Shown here: one piece after another, positions 51,313-64,000 of the stretch
Position numbering within the stretch: the stretch's first letter is position 1
Layout: every line of letters begins with the position of its first letter
Source of the DNA: the human T2T-CHM13v2.0 reference genome, Homo sapiens
Strand: one strand, 5' to 3'
Length of the DNA stretch: 64,000 nucleotides
NCBI RefSeq assembly: GCF_009914755.1
Contig: NC_060935.1
Program-made: the position numbers and the translations under genes
The notes under the pieces: generated by a model
What the model was told of the DNA's origin: nothing
What the model saw: only the letters and a program-made list of their open reading frames with translations
Database searches by the model: none

Positions 51313-53384
51313 GAATAGCTTTAGAAAACTCCACGTATATATTCCTATGTTAGTGGAAAGCACTTGGTATTGAAGGGGTTACATTTAAAGAATCAGAAAG
51401 GCAGCCAAAAGGCGACTTTAGAAACATTTAATATGTGTTCCCAACCCCGGATCACAGATATTTATTGGAATCTCTTTGGGAACTTGTGAAATACATATTG
51501 TGGGGTCCTACCCAGGGAAATTTGGATTCATGAGGTCTGGAACCTGATAATTTACATGTTTTAAGTTCTCTAGTAGCTATTGATGAATAGATAGTTTTGA
51601 ATCTAGAAAAACATTTTCATTTTACAGATCAGACAATGCTGAGAAGGGAAGTGGCCCTTTAAGGCACAAAGCAAGGTGGGGACAAAGGAAAGACACACTC
51701 AAGAGTCCTGGCACTGAGTTTTTAAGGCTCTTGTCCCGAGGTCCCAGATTTATTAGTGGAGTTCAGATGTGAAAACAGGAGGGCAGCTGGGGACAGATTT
51801 ATCTCAGGTGTAGATACACGGTGCTGCCCGTTTCCTCTAAGGATGTGTTGGGCAGGCCGCAACAGGCAGGCAGACAGGCTCCACTGCCTCTGTGGATGGG
51901 CTAATCACACCATCTCTGTACAAATGCAGGTAATAGCATCCTAATGAGCCCACTGTGCTTTTAAGGTTGCACTGAACACAGTATTTGAGTGAAGATGGCT
52001 ATTGGGTTTAGGATGGGCTTCCATCTGCCATACCAGGCAAATGCCTCAACAGCAACTGGGATTGCTGTGACTGTGTTTACTGATGTGTGTGCATGTGAGG
52101 GTGTGCATCTGAAATAATGAATACATGAGTGCAAGTGTCTACCTGTGGCCCCAAATGCATGGTTGTGTGCCTATGAAATACGTGAACACACACATCTGTT
52201 ATATGTTCATTGCTACCATCACATCCTGTACTACAGAAAACACACAGATTTGCAGAGGCAGGAAGCATCTTTGATATTGTGCAAACTTCTTGTCCATTCT
52301 TGGTGTTACGCATGGTGATTTACAAAGCCAATATCTCATATTTGATCTGAGCGAGACCTGACATGGAGCCATCAACCTGGCGACTTGGTAAATATTTTGT
52401 GTTCCAGTCACAATGGGCATTGAGAGCTCTGTGAAGATCAAAGGCTTCCCGTCTGCCATGGTATTTGTAAGAGGAAAGGATACAGCCAAGTAGGTGTGAG
52501 GGTATTTGTAGAAACAATATCAGAGAAGGGTGTGGGGGACAGAGAATCACCAGCCAAGACTAGCCGCCTTCCCATCGCTCTCATCCCTCCAGCTTTGGGC
52601 TTTGAGTCTCTCTCTGTTGGGACTATTTCCAGCTGAAGTAGGGAGGGGTGATTTTAAAAAGCTCTGCACAGTGTTTGGTGACTTGGCTACTCATCAGTCT
52701 GACTTTAATGTCCTAGTCTAACAACTAATTGCTGGTGATTCCAGCAACTTATCGTCTCTCTCATTCTTCCTGAGGCTTTTGATATATATATATGTTTCGA
52801 TGAGAGTTGTTTGTCATGTTCTCTTACAGAAATTTGTTAATGTGCCTGACTCTCCTGCCTCTTAGTCCTGGAGCTGTCTGAGGGCAATAACTCTATCTTG
52901 TTTACTGCTGTGTTCTCAGTCCCTAGCCCCGTACCTGGAATACAAGTGATGACCAGTCAGCAGGTCAAATCGGTTCTGAATTAGGGCCTTACTCCTCTAA
53001 CCAAACCTTTCCTGGAAGCCTAGAGCTTTAATACTCAGATTCCTACCTTCTGGGGTAACCCTGCCCCCTTTGCTGGTGTCCCTGCTTAGTGACCTATCTG
53101 GGACCCCAGGTTTTTCTGCTGGGTGCCAGACAGTGCCCTCCCTGACTCCTACCAGTTTCAGCAGAGGGTGAGGTCCTGCCTCTGCTTCCCAGCCTATGCC
53201 ATAAAGCAAACACAGAGAGCACATGTTGAGTCTGTACAGTGTGAGGGGCAAGGACACTGAACCTGCTGCCTGGTCTGAGGCCCCAGCCCTATAGATGCCT
53301 ACACTAAGTCTCAATAGTCATATCGTATTGTTACCCACTAATGCTTCAGGTGTCTACGGAGCTGCACGCTCCTCTTCTATAAAG

Positions 53385-53812
53385 GATAATAATAACAGTT
53401 ATTTGAATTGTAAAGCTATTGTGTATCTAGTGCCAAGGATTTTGCATATTTTGTTTCATTCTCACAGAGAAGGTTCCTCCATCTCCCATTTTCCAGATGA
53501 AGAAACTGAGGCTCAGAGGGGTTAAATAAAAACTTGGTCAAGGTCACATAGTTTCTGAAGTCAAGGTCAATGAAGGTAGCACAGTGGGGTGAAAAGGACA
53601 TAGACTACGGGCTCAGGAGCACCTAGATTACAGCCTGGTCACTAATTTGCTGATTATTTAAACTAGGCAATGAATGTACTCTTGGAGCCTTGTCTATAGA
53701 ATAAGGAAAACAATAGCTACCTCTCTCACTGTGATCACAACCCAATGAGCTGTGTCTTTAAAATGTCTAGCACAGAGTTTGACACTTAGTAGGCACTCAA
53801 TAAATAGTTGCT
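53385..53812. mobile_element. Two MIRs in opposite orientation
   Basis: Minus: cccattttccagatgaagaaactgaggctcagag. Plus: gacacttagtaggcactcaataaatagtt. Confidence 0.8.
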
Positions 53813-56800
53813 GCTGTGTCTCCTCTTTTGGGCCCCTTCTAGTTCTATCTTGAGTTCAGGAACCCTGGCAAAGAGGAAACACGTTGATGTAATTTCTTAT
53901 CAGAACTGTCAGAGCTGCTTTCCTCTTGTCACCTCTTTATTTCATTGTCTCTAATGGAATAAAATGAGAAAGCCGGTATTCACCACTCTTCTAAAAATTT
54001 TTCTCATGACAGTAAATAATATGTGCTCCTCCCCCACTTAATTAGATCACTGTGAATGTGACAAGAGAGAGCCTTATAGAGAAGCAATTATCTCGAGCAA
54101 ATGAATCCCACACAGATTCAAAGGGAAAGATTACAATGAGAACAGAGATGTGCATTATTAGGAAATTGAAGTGGAAATCAAATAAGGATTAGGAACCCCG
54201 AGTCTCAAATATTTAATTGTCATAATTGCCTAATTAAAAATGGTTTTTAAAGCACTCCTCCCCCTCGACCACGAGTGCTAGAAAGGCTCCATTGCCAGGA
54301 AGACAATTGCAGCACTTATACTTATCATAACATGAAGGCTGACCCCTGGCAAACCTTTTCGCTGAAAGAAAAGTTATGTTGCCTCTTCATTCATGCCTTC
54401 ATTTGGCAAATATAAAATGAGTGTCTGCTACTGTACACTATTTCCTAGGCAGCCTTGGGGGCTACACCCTGAAGGTAAATGAGTGGGTGAGGTCTCCAGA
54501 GCCCAGTTGAGCTGACTTGCATTACCCCAAAGATGGTTTATGGTTTACAAACCAACAGGGAGCCAGAGCCAGGAGCCTGTGTGTGAAGCTGGGTTGTGGG
54601 CAGGAGGTAGGTTGGATTGGAAGGACTAGGAGGGGCACAAACTGAGATGAGTCACGTAGCAGAGAAAGCTGTAAGAATAAAACAGGTAATGGGGGAGGAG
54701 AGGGGAGGCAGTTAGATATGAAAGCATAGATGCAGATGTCCCTCAGGGCATATGATATTTGTTCAGAATAATCTGTCTTTTCATGCTAGACTGAGAGCCT
54801 TTGGAGAGCAAGAATTGTGTCCATCTGATTTGCTGTTTCCTCAATGCCTAGCACATAGTAAGAGCTTTTTAAAAATGTGTTGTTTAACTGAATTAAAAGG
54901 ATGACATCCTTTGAGATCGATTTTGATGTACTTTAGAAGGACAGGGGTCTTGAAAGATTTGAGACAAGAGGAACATCTACTATGGCCTGCGCATAGTAGA
55001 TGCTCATTAAAAATGCATTGAGTGAATGAATGCATGAATGAATGAATGTTGAGCACTGTTCTACACATTGGGATAAAAAGATGATTAATGCATGGCTCTT
55101 GCCCTTGAATAGCTCCTAGATAAATGAGGGACACAGATTTGTGACCAGTTAATGAGAATCCAACCTAATCTGAGATGAGTCATATCATTTATCAAGCATG
55201 GGAGCTGGCATCTCATTTTCATTAATCTAGGGACTGCTGCCAGGATCATTTTTATGGGTTTAGAGACTTATTTCCTCAATTTGGATGTAAGTTTTTTGAG
55301 AACAGAGACCTGTATAGTAGCAGGCTCTCACTTTGTATTTGCTGGATGAAGGCATGAAGGAAAAGCAATGTAATGTTCCCATGGAAGAGTTTTCCTGGGG
55401 TTGCTTTCCTAATATGGTAAGTACTGTGATTGTCTTCCCAAATAAATCCCATACATTGCATTCAAGTTTGTCCCCTTGCTTAATAAGTACTTTTTTTCTG
55501 ACATTCCAGACAACTGTAAAAATTCAGTTGGAATAAATCTACTGCAAATGCTATGCCAGATACGAAGGAGAGAAGGAAAGTAGCATATGACTTACTGTCT
55601 GCCCTCAACAACTTAAACTCTAGTTGAGGGAATAAGGCCTACACCCACCAAAAAGATGTCATGCAGGAAGAGAAAATGAAATGACAGGTCTCATGTTTGA
55701 TAAAATCGGAATCTGCCTCCCTGCAAGAGATTTTGATTGCTTTGCCATTTCCATTCTTAAGTACTGTTGCCCTGCTAAATGAGTTGGTTGGGCTAAAAAT
55801 ACCGATTTATTGGGACGGACCTACATTCCCATCACTCTGGATTAAAAACAAAAAGTTTTGGGGTCTAGGGCTGTCTCAAAGAACCCCAGGCAGTAAAAGT
55901 GACAAGTCATATGAGATGTGTGTGTGACTGATGGTATATATAAGATATCAGAGGCGGGTCCAGGAATGATTCACTTGGAAGGTGGTATTTGAATTGTGTC
56001 TTGAAAAATGGATAGAATTCCATACGGAGAAAGTGTAAGCCATAGGGAAAATTGAGGAACTATGCTGATATTTGACATGAATATCTTATTTTTAGTTCAT
56101 CCTCATAACAATCTAATAAGTACTGCTGCATACCCTTTTTGCATTTGAGAAAATTGAGGTTCAGTGAGGTTGAATCCTTTGCCCACAGACAGCCTGTTCC
56201 AAAGTGGTCAAGCCAGGCTAAGAAGCCCTTTGCATGACTTTGAGGTTCGCTCTCTCCCCACCTGGTTCCATGCAGAGGAGCTGAGGGTGATAAAATTGGA
56301 AAGGAAGCTTGAATTCACTGAAATCAATGAGCTAGAGCTTTCACAAAAATAGGATTGAAACTCTTTTCTAATTTACTGGCCCCTGCATTTGCTTTCATTT
56401 GACTGAGTTGTATAGTTATTTTTGCCTTCACTTTGAAAGTAAAATCTCTGCAGGTTTTGGAGGCAGTCAAATGACTGACAACTTCGGTTACAGTCAAACT
56501 CAAGGTCAACTATTTCCAATTTCTAGTTTCTGAAAGAAAACAACAAACGAACACATTTCTTTGAGGCAAGATTAAGAAAAAGTGGTAGAAATCAGGTGAA
56601 CTTGGAGAAGGGAGAAAGGGATCACAGAAAAACAAACATGATAAACATTACTTTGATTTTCAATATCCATATTAATCAGTCACAGATAATTTCTGTCTAC
56701 CAGACTTCTGTAAAAACTGGGAGTGGGTGGTCTCTGACATTTTCTTAAGAGGCACTCTAGTGATGCATATCACAAAGAATTACTCCAAGTGCCCCAAAAG

Positions 56801-57139
56801 AAAGACTCAGAGTGGAAATAGAAATAAGGCTCAAAAGAAGCAGCCATGATATTTTCCAGAGTAGATACAGAGATGCTTAATAATTTACTTCATTGCAGGA
56901 TCCGATGTAACACTTGAAAGCTTCAATAAATAAGCATAATGGGCTCCCTTTAAAAATGTATTGGTTGGCAATTTATTTACTCATGTATATGCACCTTATA
57001 GTATGTGACATGCTGCCCTTCCTCTCTTCGAGGAAAAGTGCTCCATAGGAGGCTTTAATTAGTGCTGGCAGCTAAAAACCATAAACTCTTTCCTCTCCAT
57101 GCTTCATTTATCTGGTCCTGCAGGTCTTCTATATCTATA

Positions 57140-57250
57140 TATTCTTCTCCCCTTTCTTTTTTTCTCTCTGTCTCTATTTCTTTCTCTTCTTCTTTTCTTC
57201 TTTCCTTATTTCTTTCCTTCTCCTTCCTTCTTTCTTTTCTCCCTTTTCAT
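57140..57250. repeat. CT-rich low-complexity tract
   Basis: Direct reading. Confidence 0.85.
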
Positions 57251-58659
57251 TCATGCTTCAACAAGTGTCAACAAATCTGGCCCGGCGAGCTCCCAATTTA
57301 CAAGGGTTAATACATATGTGAAAATTATGACATTGTGTTGCTGGTATTATAAATGATGTGTGTAGGAGGTACCTATATGAGGGTTAGGTAAAATTCAAGG
57401 CATACAACTGATATATAAGTGAAAATTAGTATAAACTTTTTGGAAAGCAATTTGAAAATATAACTAAAGCTTTAACAGTGTGGACCCATTGACCCAGTGA
57501 TTCTACTTTGGGAAATCTAACCTAAATGATGGGGGGAAAATAAATTCCTGAATGTGGAGAAAGCTTTATGCAAAAAGATTTTATCATGACATTATTTATT
57601 ACAACCCCCCCTTTCCAACTGGAAAACAACCTAAATTGCTTAAAAAATAATGGTGCCTCTACTCAATCAGGTCAATTCTATCTAAGGTAGGAGTTTGAAA
57701 AGGCTCCAGAAATACTTCCTGGAAAAGTTGCCAAGTAACCAAAGTCTTGGGCCAATAAACAAATGGTTATTCCAGAAATAGAGTTGACAAATAATTTTGA
57801 TCAACTGCTAAGTGACATGCAATATACTAGGTGTTTTGACATACTTGTATTTTTACTTTCCTTTAAGGAACACCTACTATGTGGCAGTTGACTAGATTTT
57901 TAATTTGTGCTTTCACATATATAATCTTACTTAAGCCTCCTCCAAATTTCAAAATGTTGGTAAGATTAGTACTGGTATCTTTATTTTAAATGTCAAGAAA
58001 ATGAAGCTCAGGCAAGAGAAGTGATTCATCTAAGATCAAACAAATAAGTCGCAATCCTGGGATTTAAGCACAGGTCTCTGTGTTCAGTGTTTAGTGCTTT
58101 CTCCATGATACCTTGGCTGGCTTGTAGGGAATTTATATGTTGATACATCAATAAAGTATGAAAAACTCATAGCCATTGATACATACGGAAATGAAGACGG
58201 TGCTTGTTCATAGGCCACCGTGTGTTTATTTCCCATTCCGGAAAAAGCTCCACATCATCAGTGAGCAGTGCTCTTCTTTGGGAAGCCCAAATTAAGATAG
58301 TAGTTACTTAAGTCATGAAATCATGACAATGATTGCTTACTGTGGTTAGTCTAAAAAACTGGTCAGGACCATAATGTACCTATAATCTTAATTGAATTAG
58401 ATGTGTTGGCTGTTTACACCACAGGTAGACTCAATGTGGAGGAGTCACATTTAGTACAACATTCCAACCTCTGGATGCCACTTGGCCTAATCAGATGCTT
58501 TTATCCAAAAGAAATGACTACAATGCTATATCACATGGTCTTTTCCAAAGTATGTCTACATACATATTGATTCTTACAATAACTGCATAAAGAAGATCAA
58601 GCTGGCTTTGTTAGCCTCAACCTGGCTTTATTAGCCTCACTTGACAGAGGAGGAAATTA

Positions 58660-59430
58660 ACGTGGTGAATGGGAATGTGATGGAAGTACTGTAAATGGGT
58701 ACATCCATGCTGGAAGGTGCTATGATTTGAATCTGTCCCACCAAAGTTCATGTGTTGGAAACTTAATCTCCAATGCAACAGTGTTGGGAGTGGGACCTTT
58801 AGGAAGTGATTAGGTCATGAAGGCTCTGCCCTAATAAACGGGTTAATGCTGTTATTGAGGGAGTAGGAGGAAGTGGGTCCCTTATTGGTAAAAGGGACCA
58901 ACTCCCTCCCTCTTTCCTTCTTTCTCTCATGCACACATACACATGCTGTTCTTTATAAATTACCCAGACTGATGCATTCTGTTATAGCAGCACACAATGA
59001 ACTAAGACAGAAAGTAATTTGAGCACACATATATAACAACCTAAAAATATGCATACTCTTTCGCCCGAGTAATTCCACTTTGGAGAAATTGTCCTAAGGA
59101 GAGAATAAAAAAAAATATACAAATAGCTATGTGCCCACAGATATTTATAGCAATATTATTTCAAATAACAATAGCTGTAATCTACAACATGTCCATGACA
59201 AGGGCAAAGATTGAATAAATTATGGCACGCTTACTCCATACATTGTTACAGAGCAAATAAAATGGTCTTTTAGCAAAAGATTTTTAATAAGAGGGGTACG
59301 TAATCACATAAAATGTCAAATAAAAAATAAATTATGTATACATCAGTAGTGTGGTCACACCATATAAAGTTACTGAAAGGAAAGGGTCCAATGTGTTAAT
59401 AGTGATTGCCTCACGGCATGTGATGTTGAC
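58660..59430 (+). mobile_element. L1ME-type fragment split by an MST LTR
   Basis: gtaaatgggtacatccatgctggaa | taatttg...gtaattccactttggagaaattgtcctaagga...gattgaataaattatggcac. Confidence 0.7.
58718..59009 (+). mobile_element. MST (MSTB/C-like) solo LTR, internally deleted
   Basis: tgctatgatttgaat...ttcatgtgttggaaacttaatc...ctttataaattaccca...actaagaca. TSD gaagg/gaaag. Confidence 0.88.
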
Positions 59431-59439
59431 TTATTATTA

Positions 59440-59700
59440 ATAATAATGATGATAATTTTGAAAGTAGCATCTGAAATAATTACAAAATGTCAGGTACTGT
59501 TCTAAGCAGTTTGAATGTATTCATTCATCTAACATAACACCTCCATAAGACAGGGACTGCTGCTGCAGAGGATGCTAAGACACAGAGAGGTTAAGTAATT
59601 GCCCACAGTCACACAGTTAGTAAATGCCAGCCAGAGCTGGGCTGCAAACCCAGGCTTTCTGGTCTCTGACTCTACATTTGCCCACAATACCCGGCTGCCT
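59440..59700 (-). mobile_element. MIR SINE, near full length
   Basis: cacagagaggttaagtaattgcccacagtcacacagttagtaa. Confidence 0.85.
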
Positions 59701-59739
59701 CTTTCTGTCACGGCTAACAAGCACAGAGTGCTTACCAGG

Positions 59740-60104
59740 TGTTATGAAGACATATTTGTGCCCACTACACTCCTAAGTACCCCCAACAAAATTCATATGT
59801 TGAAATCCTAACCCCAAATGTGATGGGATTAGGAGGTAGGGCCCTTAAGAGGTCATTAGGTCATGAGGGTGAAGCCCTGATAATAGGATGAATACCCTAC
59901 TAGAAGAGACAGGAGAGAGCTTGCTTCCTCTCTCTCCCTCTTTGCCATGTGAGATTACAAGCAGAAGATGGCTGTCTACAAACCAGGAGGCGAGCCCTCA
60001 TCAGACACCAGATCTACCTGACTCCAGAACTGTGAAAAATAAATATTTGTTTTTTAAGCTACCAATCTTCTATCTTGTCATAGCAGCCTGAATTGACTAA
60101 GAGA
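59740..60104 (+). mobile_element. MLT1A/MSTD-like solo LTR
   Basis: aaattcatatgttgaaatcctaacccc...ccagaactgtgaaaaataaat...gactaagaga. TSD ccagg/ctagg. Confidence 0.88.
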
Positions 60105-60362
60105 CTAGGTTTCCAGTTCTTACCTGCATCATTTCATTTTATTCTCCCATTAACTATAAGGAATATACTGTAATTATTCCTATTGTACAGAAAAAGAAGC
60201 TGGCATTTACTTGCTCAAGGTCCCACAACCCTGATCCAGGCAGGCTGCCTCCAGAGTCTTTGTATTTGACGGCTACAATAAACTGCCTATTTCTTTTTAT
60301 TATTTATTTCTATTCTTTCCTGAACTTTCTGCAATGAAGATGTTTTTCAATATGATTTAAAT

Positions 60363-60583
60363 TAGCTGTCATCTAACTATGGCCTGCCAGCTAAGTCCAA
60401 CCTGTCACCTACTTCTGCAAATAAAGTTTGATTAGAACACACCAAATGCCTACTTGTTTACATGTTAATTAGCTGCTCTAGCTACAAGGGCAGATTTGAG
60501 TAGTTGAGACAAAAGTCATATGGCCCATTAACTCTAAAAGATTTACTATCTAGCCCTTTATAGAAAAAGTTTGCTGACCCTTG
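60363..60583. mobile_element. MER58A hAT-Charlie
   Basis: aactatggcctg...aataaagttt..tagaacac...gcagatttgagtagttg...tttactatctagccctttatagaaaaagtttgctgaccc. Confidence 0.85.
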
Positions 60584-61745
60584 ATTTAATTGATCACTGA
60601 ACTAGTTAGGGTAATGAGGGAACTAGAATCCTGGTCTTCCTACTGTCAATTGCTTGGAGGGAATAGGTGGGAAAGGAAATGAGGAATGATGATTCTAAGT
60701 GCATTTGTATGTATGATACAGTTACACTCCAAATCTGCAGCTAGCCTTCTCTCTGACCATGTCAGAGTAGCAAAATCGAGAACAAACTGTATGACTAACA
60801 CTTTGGTTTCACCTCTAAACTTCCTATCAAAGCCTGGACAATCATAAAAGTGGCAACAAATGAATCTAGGATCCTTTGTAAATTGCCAACTTTAAAAGCA
60901 CTTTGAAAGATTTGGGTGTGGCCACGGGTTAAAAAATTTGAGCAAACAAGTGAGAATTAAGAATGTTTATAAGGAGCATTCCAGTCATTTCAGAAGTTTC
61001 ACATCTAAACAGAAATGCAGTAAATGGACAGACACACCCTTCAGAGCTTGAAAAGTCTTTCTGCCAAAGTTCAGCCTTGGGGCCATTCCAGTTTTGGAGA
61101 GGGGAACGATAAAATTTAACATGCCCTGAAGTTGAAGCAAGGTGTCCTAAGGTCTAAAGAACAGACTAAACAGCCTCAGTACAGTACTGAAAAACTGGAA
61201 CCAAGTCAGGTTTTGTGCTAGATCAGTATCTGCCTCCTCAGGCTGGAGATGTTCTTATAACCACAGAAAGAAGTTTAAGAAGATCTAGAGGAGAGAGAGA
61301 GAGAGAAACACATCTTTTGAATACTACCGTGTATTTTGCAGGTTACGCTATATTGTTCTCATGCATTATGTCCTCACAACATACATTGGTGCTATCTCTA
61401 ATTTACAGGTGAGAAAATTGAGGCTTACAGAGACCAAAGGACTTGCTCAAGGTTACACCCCTAATAATAACAATAAGAAAGGCTTACTGAGTGCTGCACA
61501 GTGTAGTGATTTAGAATCAACTCGAACTGAGACCTCAGGGTTTATATCTCAACTCTGTCATTTACCTTGAGTAAATCACTTAACATCTCCATGGTTCATT
61601 TGATTTACCTGGAAAGTAGAGATGACAATTCCACCCGCATCATAGGGTAGACATGAGAAGTAAATGAGTTAATTTGTACAGTGCTTACAACACTGTCTGG
61701 CACATAGTGAGTACAATATCAGTGTTTAAGTCAAAACTATATGCT

Positions 61746-62055
<310 letters not shown>

Positions 62056-62333
62056 CTAGGCAGGGTCCTATATGTGCATTATTCACTTCATCCTAACAAT
62101 AAACCTGTAAGATAAGTATTTCCTCCATTTTACAAATGAAAACCTTTCATTTTGTAAATGAAGGCCCCAAACAAACAAGCAATTATATTAAGTGGTAGTG
62201 CCAAGGGTCAGATGCAAATAGCTTAACTCCAAAGCTGACACTCTTAACAGCATCGCAGGTAATGCCTCTACACCTAGTGAGTAATCGAAGTCTGTCTGTT
62301 TCTAATTCTCATGATCTAGATGTTTCATGAGAT

Positions 62334-62687
62334 TGTATTAGTCCATTCTCACGCTGTTAATAAAGACATAACCAAGACTGGGTAATTCATAAAGGAAAGA
62401 GGTTTAATTGACTCCCAGTTCAGCATGGCTGGGAGGCCTCAGGAAACTTACACTCATGGTGGAAGGGGAAGTAAACCCATGGTGGCAGGAAGGAGAATGA
62501 GAACTGAGTAAAGAGGGAAGCCTCATATAAAACCATCAGATCTCATGAGAACTCACTATCATGAGAACAGTGTGGGGGAAACCACCCTCATGATTCAATT
62601 ATCTCCACCTTGTCCTGCCCTTGACACATGGCGATTATTACAATTCAAGGTGAGATCTGAGTGGGGACACAGAGCCAAACAATACTC
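62334..62687 (-). mobile_element. THE1C-like MaLR solo LTR
   Basis: tgtattagtccattctcacgctg..aataaagacata...gaggtttaattgactc...ggggacacagagccaaac. Confidence 0.92.
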
Positions 62688-63444
62688 TGAACAATAGAGT
62701 TCAGAGTATTTTCCTTATGTGATGCTTAAATCCCTATCAACTACCCCTCAAAAACAGCTCCCTGGTGGCTCAGAGGCTAGAAGTTGGCCTGACTGGGGGT
62801 ACAGGGGAGTAGAGGGCTGTGAAGGAAGGACTATGGGATAAGGGTGAAACCTGCTAAGGCCTGGATCTGACTTTATTCTGGGCTTGCCTGTTTCATGTAT
62901 TCAGTTTGGATCTGGACATGGGTCTCTGAGGGAGATGGGCTTGTTGTCTTTGGGAGACATGGAACTGTGCCTTGAAATAAATGGTGCTTGCAGTGTGACT
63001 CCTTTCTACTCCTGTGCTATAGCTAAATGATGAGACAGGGTTTGTTGCAAATAAATCGGTTTTTTTTGTTGTTGTCGTTGAAAAAAAATCAGAGATGGTG
63101 CCCACCTTGGTGCTATAGCTCTGCCTGAGCGCATGTTCCATCAGAAAACTCAAAATGGTCCCCAAGTCTCAGATCCAGCTCACTCTCCTATGTCCCATCT
63201 GGACTTGTCCTATGTCTGGATGCCTGGACCTGAATCAAAGGGCTCCATCTTTGTCATTACTCTGAGGCATTCATTTCTATAACAGTGAGAGAACTCACTC
63301 ATGATAGTTTGCAGCTGAGCCTTTTTAATATCTTCAGCATGCCCTGAGATGAGGCTAGTCTAGGAAGAAAATCTGGGCAGAAGAGTCTGTAATAAAGGGG
63401 AGAAGACATGGCAGTTGGAATCTAAGGATGAGGTTTAATACTTG

Positions 63445-63846
63445 TGTATTAGTCTTCTAGGGCTGCCATAACAGGGTTCCATAGACTGGATGGCTTAAAC
63501 AGCAGGAATTGACTTCCTTATAGTTCTTGACGCTAGAAGCCCAAGATCAAGATCCAGGTATTTGCAGGGTTGGTTTCTTCTGAGGACTCTTTCCTTGGCC
63601 TTTAGCTGAGTGGCTTCTCCCTCTGTCTTCATGTGGTCTTCTGCCTGTGCATGTCTATGTCTAAATTTCTTCTTGCTGTAAGAACACCAGTCATATTGGA
63701 TTAGGGCCCATGATAATGACCTAATTTTACTTTAATTACTTATTTAAAGTCCCTGTATCCAAATATGCCACATTCTCTAAGGTTCTGAGGTTAGGACTTC
63801 AACATGAATTATGGCGGGGGGTTGGGGCACAATTCACCTCCTAACA
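63445..63846 (-). mobile_element. MLT1A0-like solo LTR with 5-bp TSD, inserted in a MIR
   Basis: tgtattagtc..agggctgccataac...ctaaca, flanked by ACTTG at 63440-63444 and 63847-63851. The MIR continues to the window end. Confidence 0.92.
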
Positions 63847-64000
63847 ACTTGGCTCCATCACTTTTTAGTTGTATGACTTTAGACAATACATATAACTGCT
63901 CCAGTATTTATTTTCCCTTGATCTGTAAAATTGAACAAGAGTAAGACCTACCTCAAAGGATTATTGGAAAAGGTAAAGGAGATGAAACTACTACACTACA

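Noticed and set aside
56425-56550. Strong minus-strand acceptor ttgttgttttctttcAG
   Set aside because: All three frames stop within about 25 nt and no convincing donor follows, so I cannot support an exon.
58601-58640. 20-bp tandem duplication (similar one at about 22777-22805)
   Set aside because: Ordinary short slippage duplications with no further structure.

Overview
Primate, human-like non-coding DNA (it carries AluS/AluY, THE1 and L1PB elements). I could not recognise any protein-coding gene, RNA gene, CpG island or CRISPR array, and I did not identify the locus. The supplied ORFs are mostly chance or repeat-derived. Much of the window is interspersed repeat: many MIR and L2 fragments, L1PB/L1MA/L1MC/L1ME/HAL1 pieces, 5 full Alus plus 2 monomers, about 14 solo MaLR/ERVL LTRs (about 7 per strand, suggesting intergenic DNA), MER33/MER5/MER58/MER112/Tigger3 DNA transposon relics, and two large polypyrimidine tracts. 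The most interesting block is 15.7-18.7 kb, which looks unique at first. By hand translation it appears to hold two very old fossils: (i) the 5' end of a Tc1/mariner-type element with a decayed DUF4817-like transposase N-terminus, and (ii) about 1.5 kb of a decayed RTE-clade LINE reverse transcriptase on the minus strand. A perfect CTCF core motif and ETS sites lie where that RT's catalytic YADD motif is expected, which makes it a candidate exaptation. Other items are replication and retrotransposition scars (a twin-priming L1ME inversion, a fold-back hairpin at an L1 deletion, nested insertions), a candidate 57-nt minus-strand exon between inverted Alus, and several transcription-factor motif clusters. 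All family and subfamily names come from by-eye recall of consensus sequences, and boundaries of old repeats are approximate.
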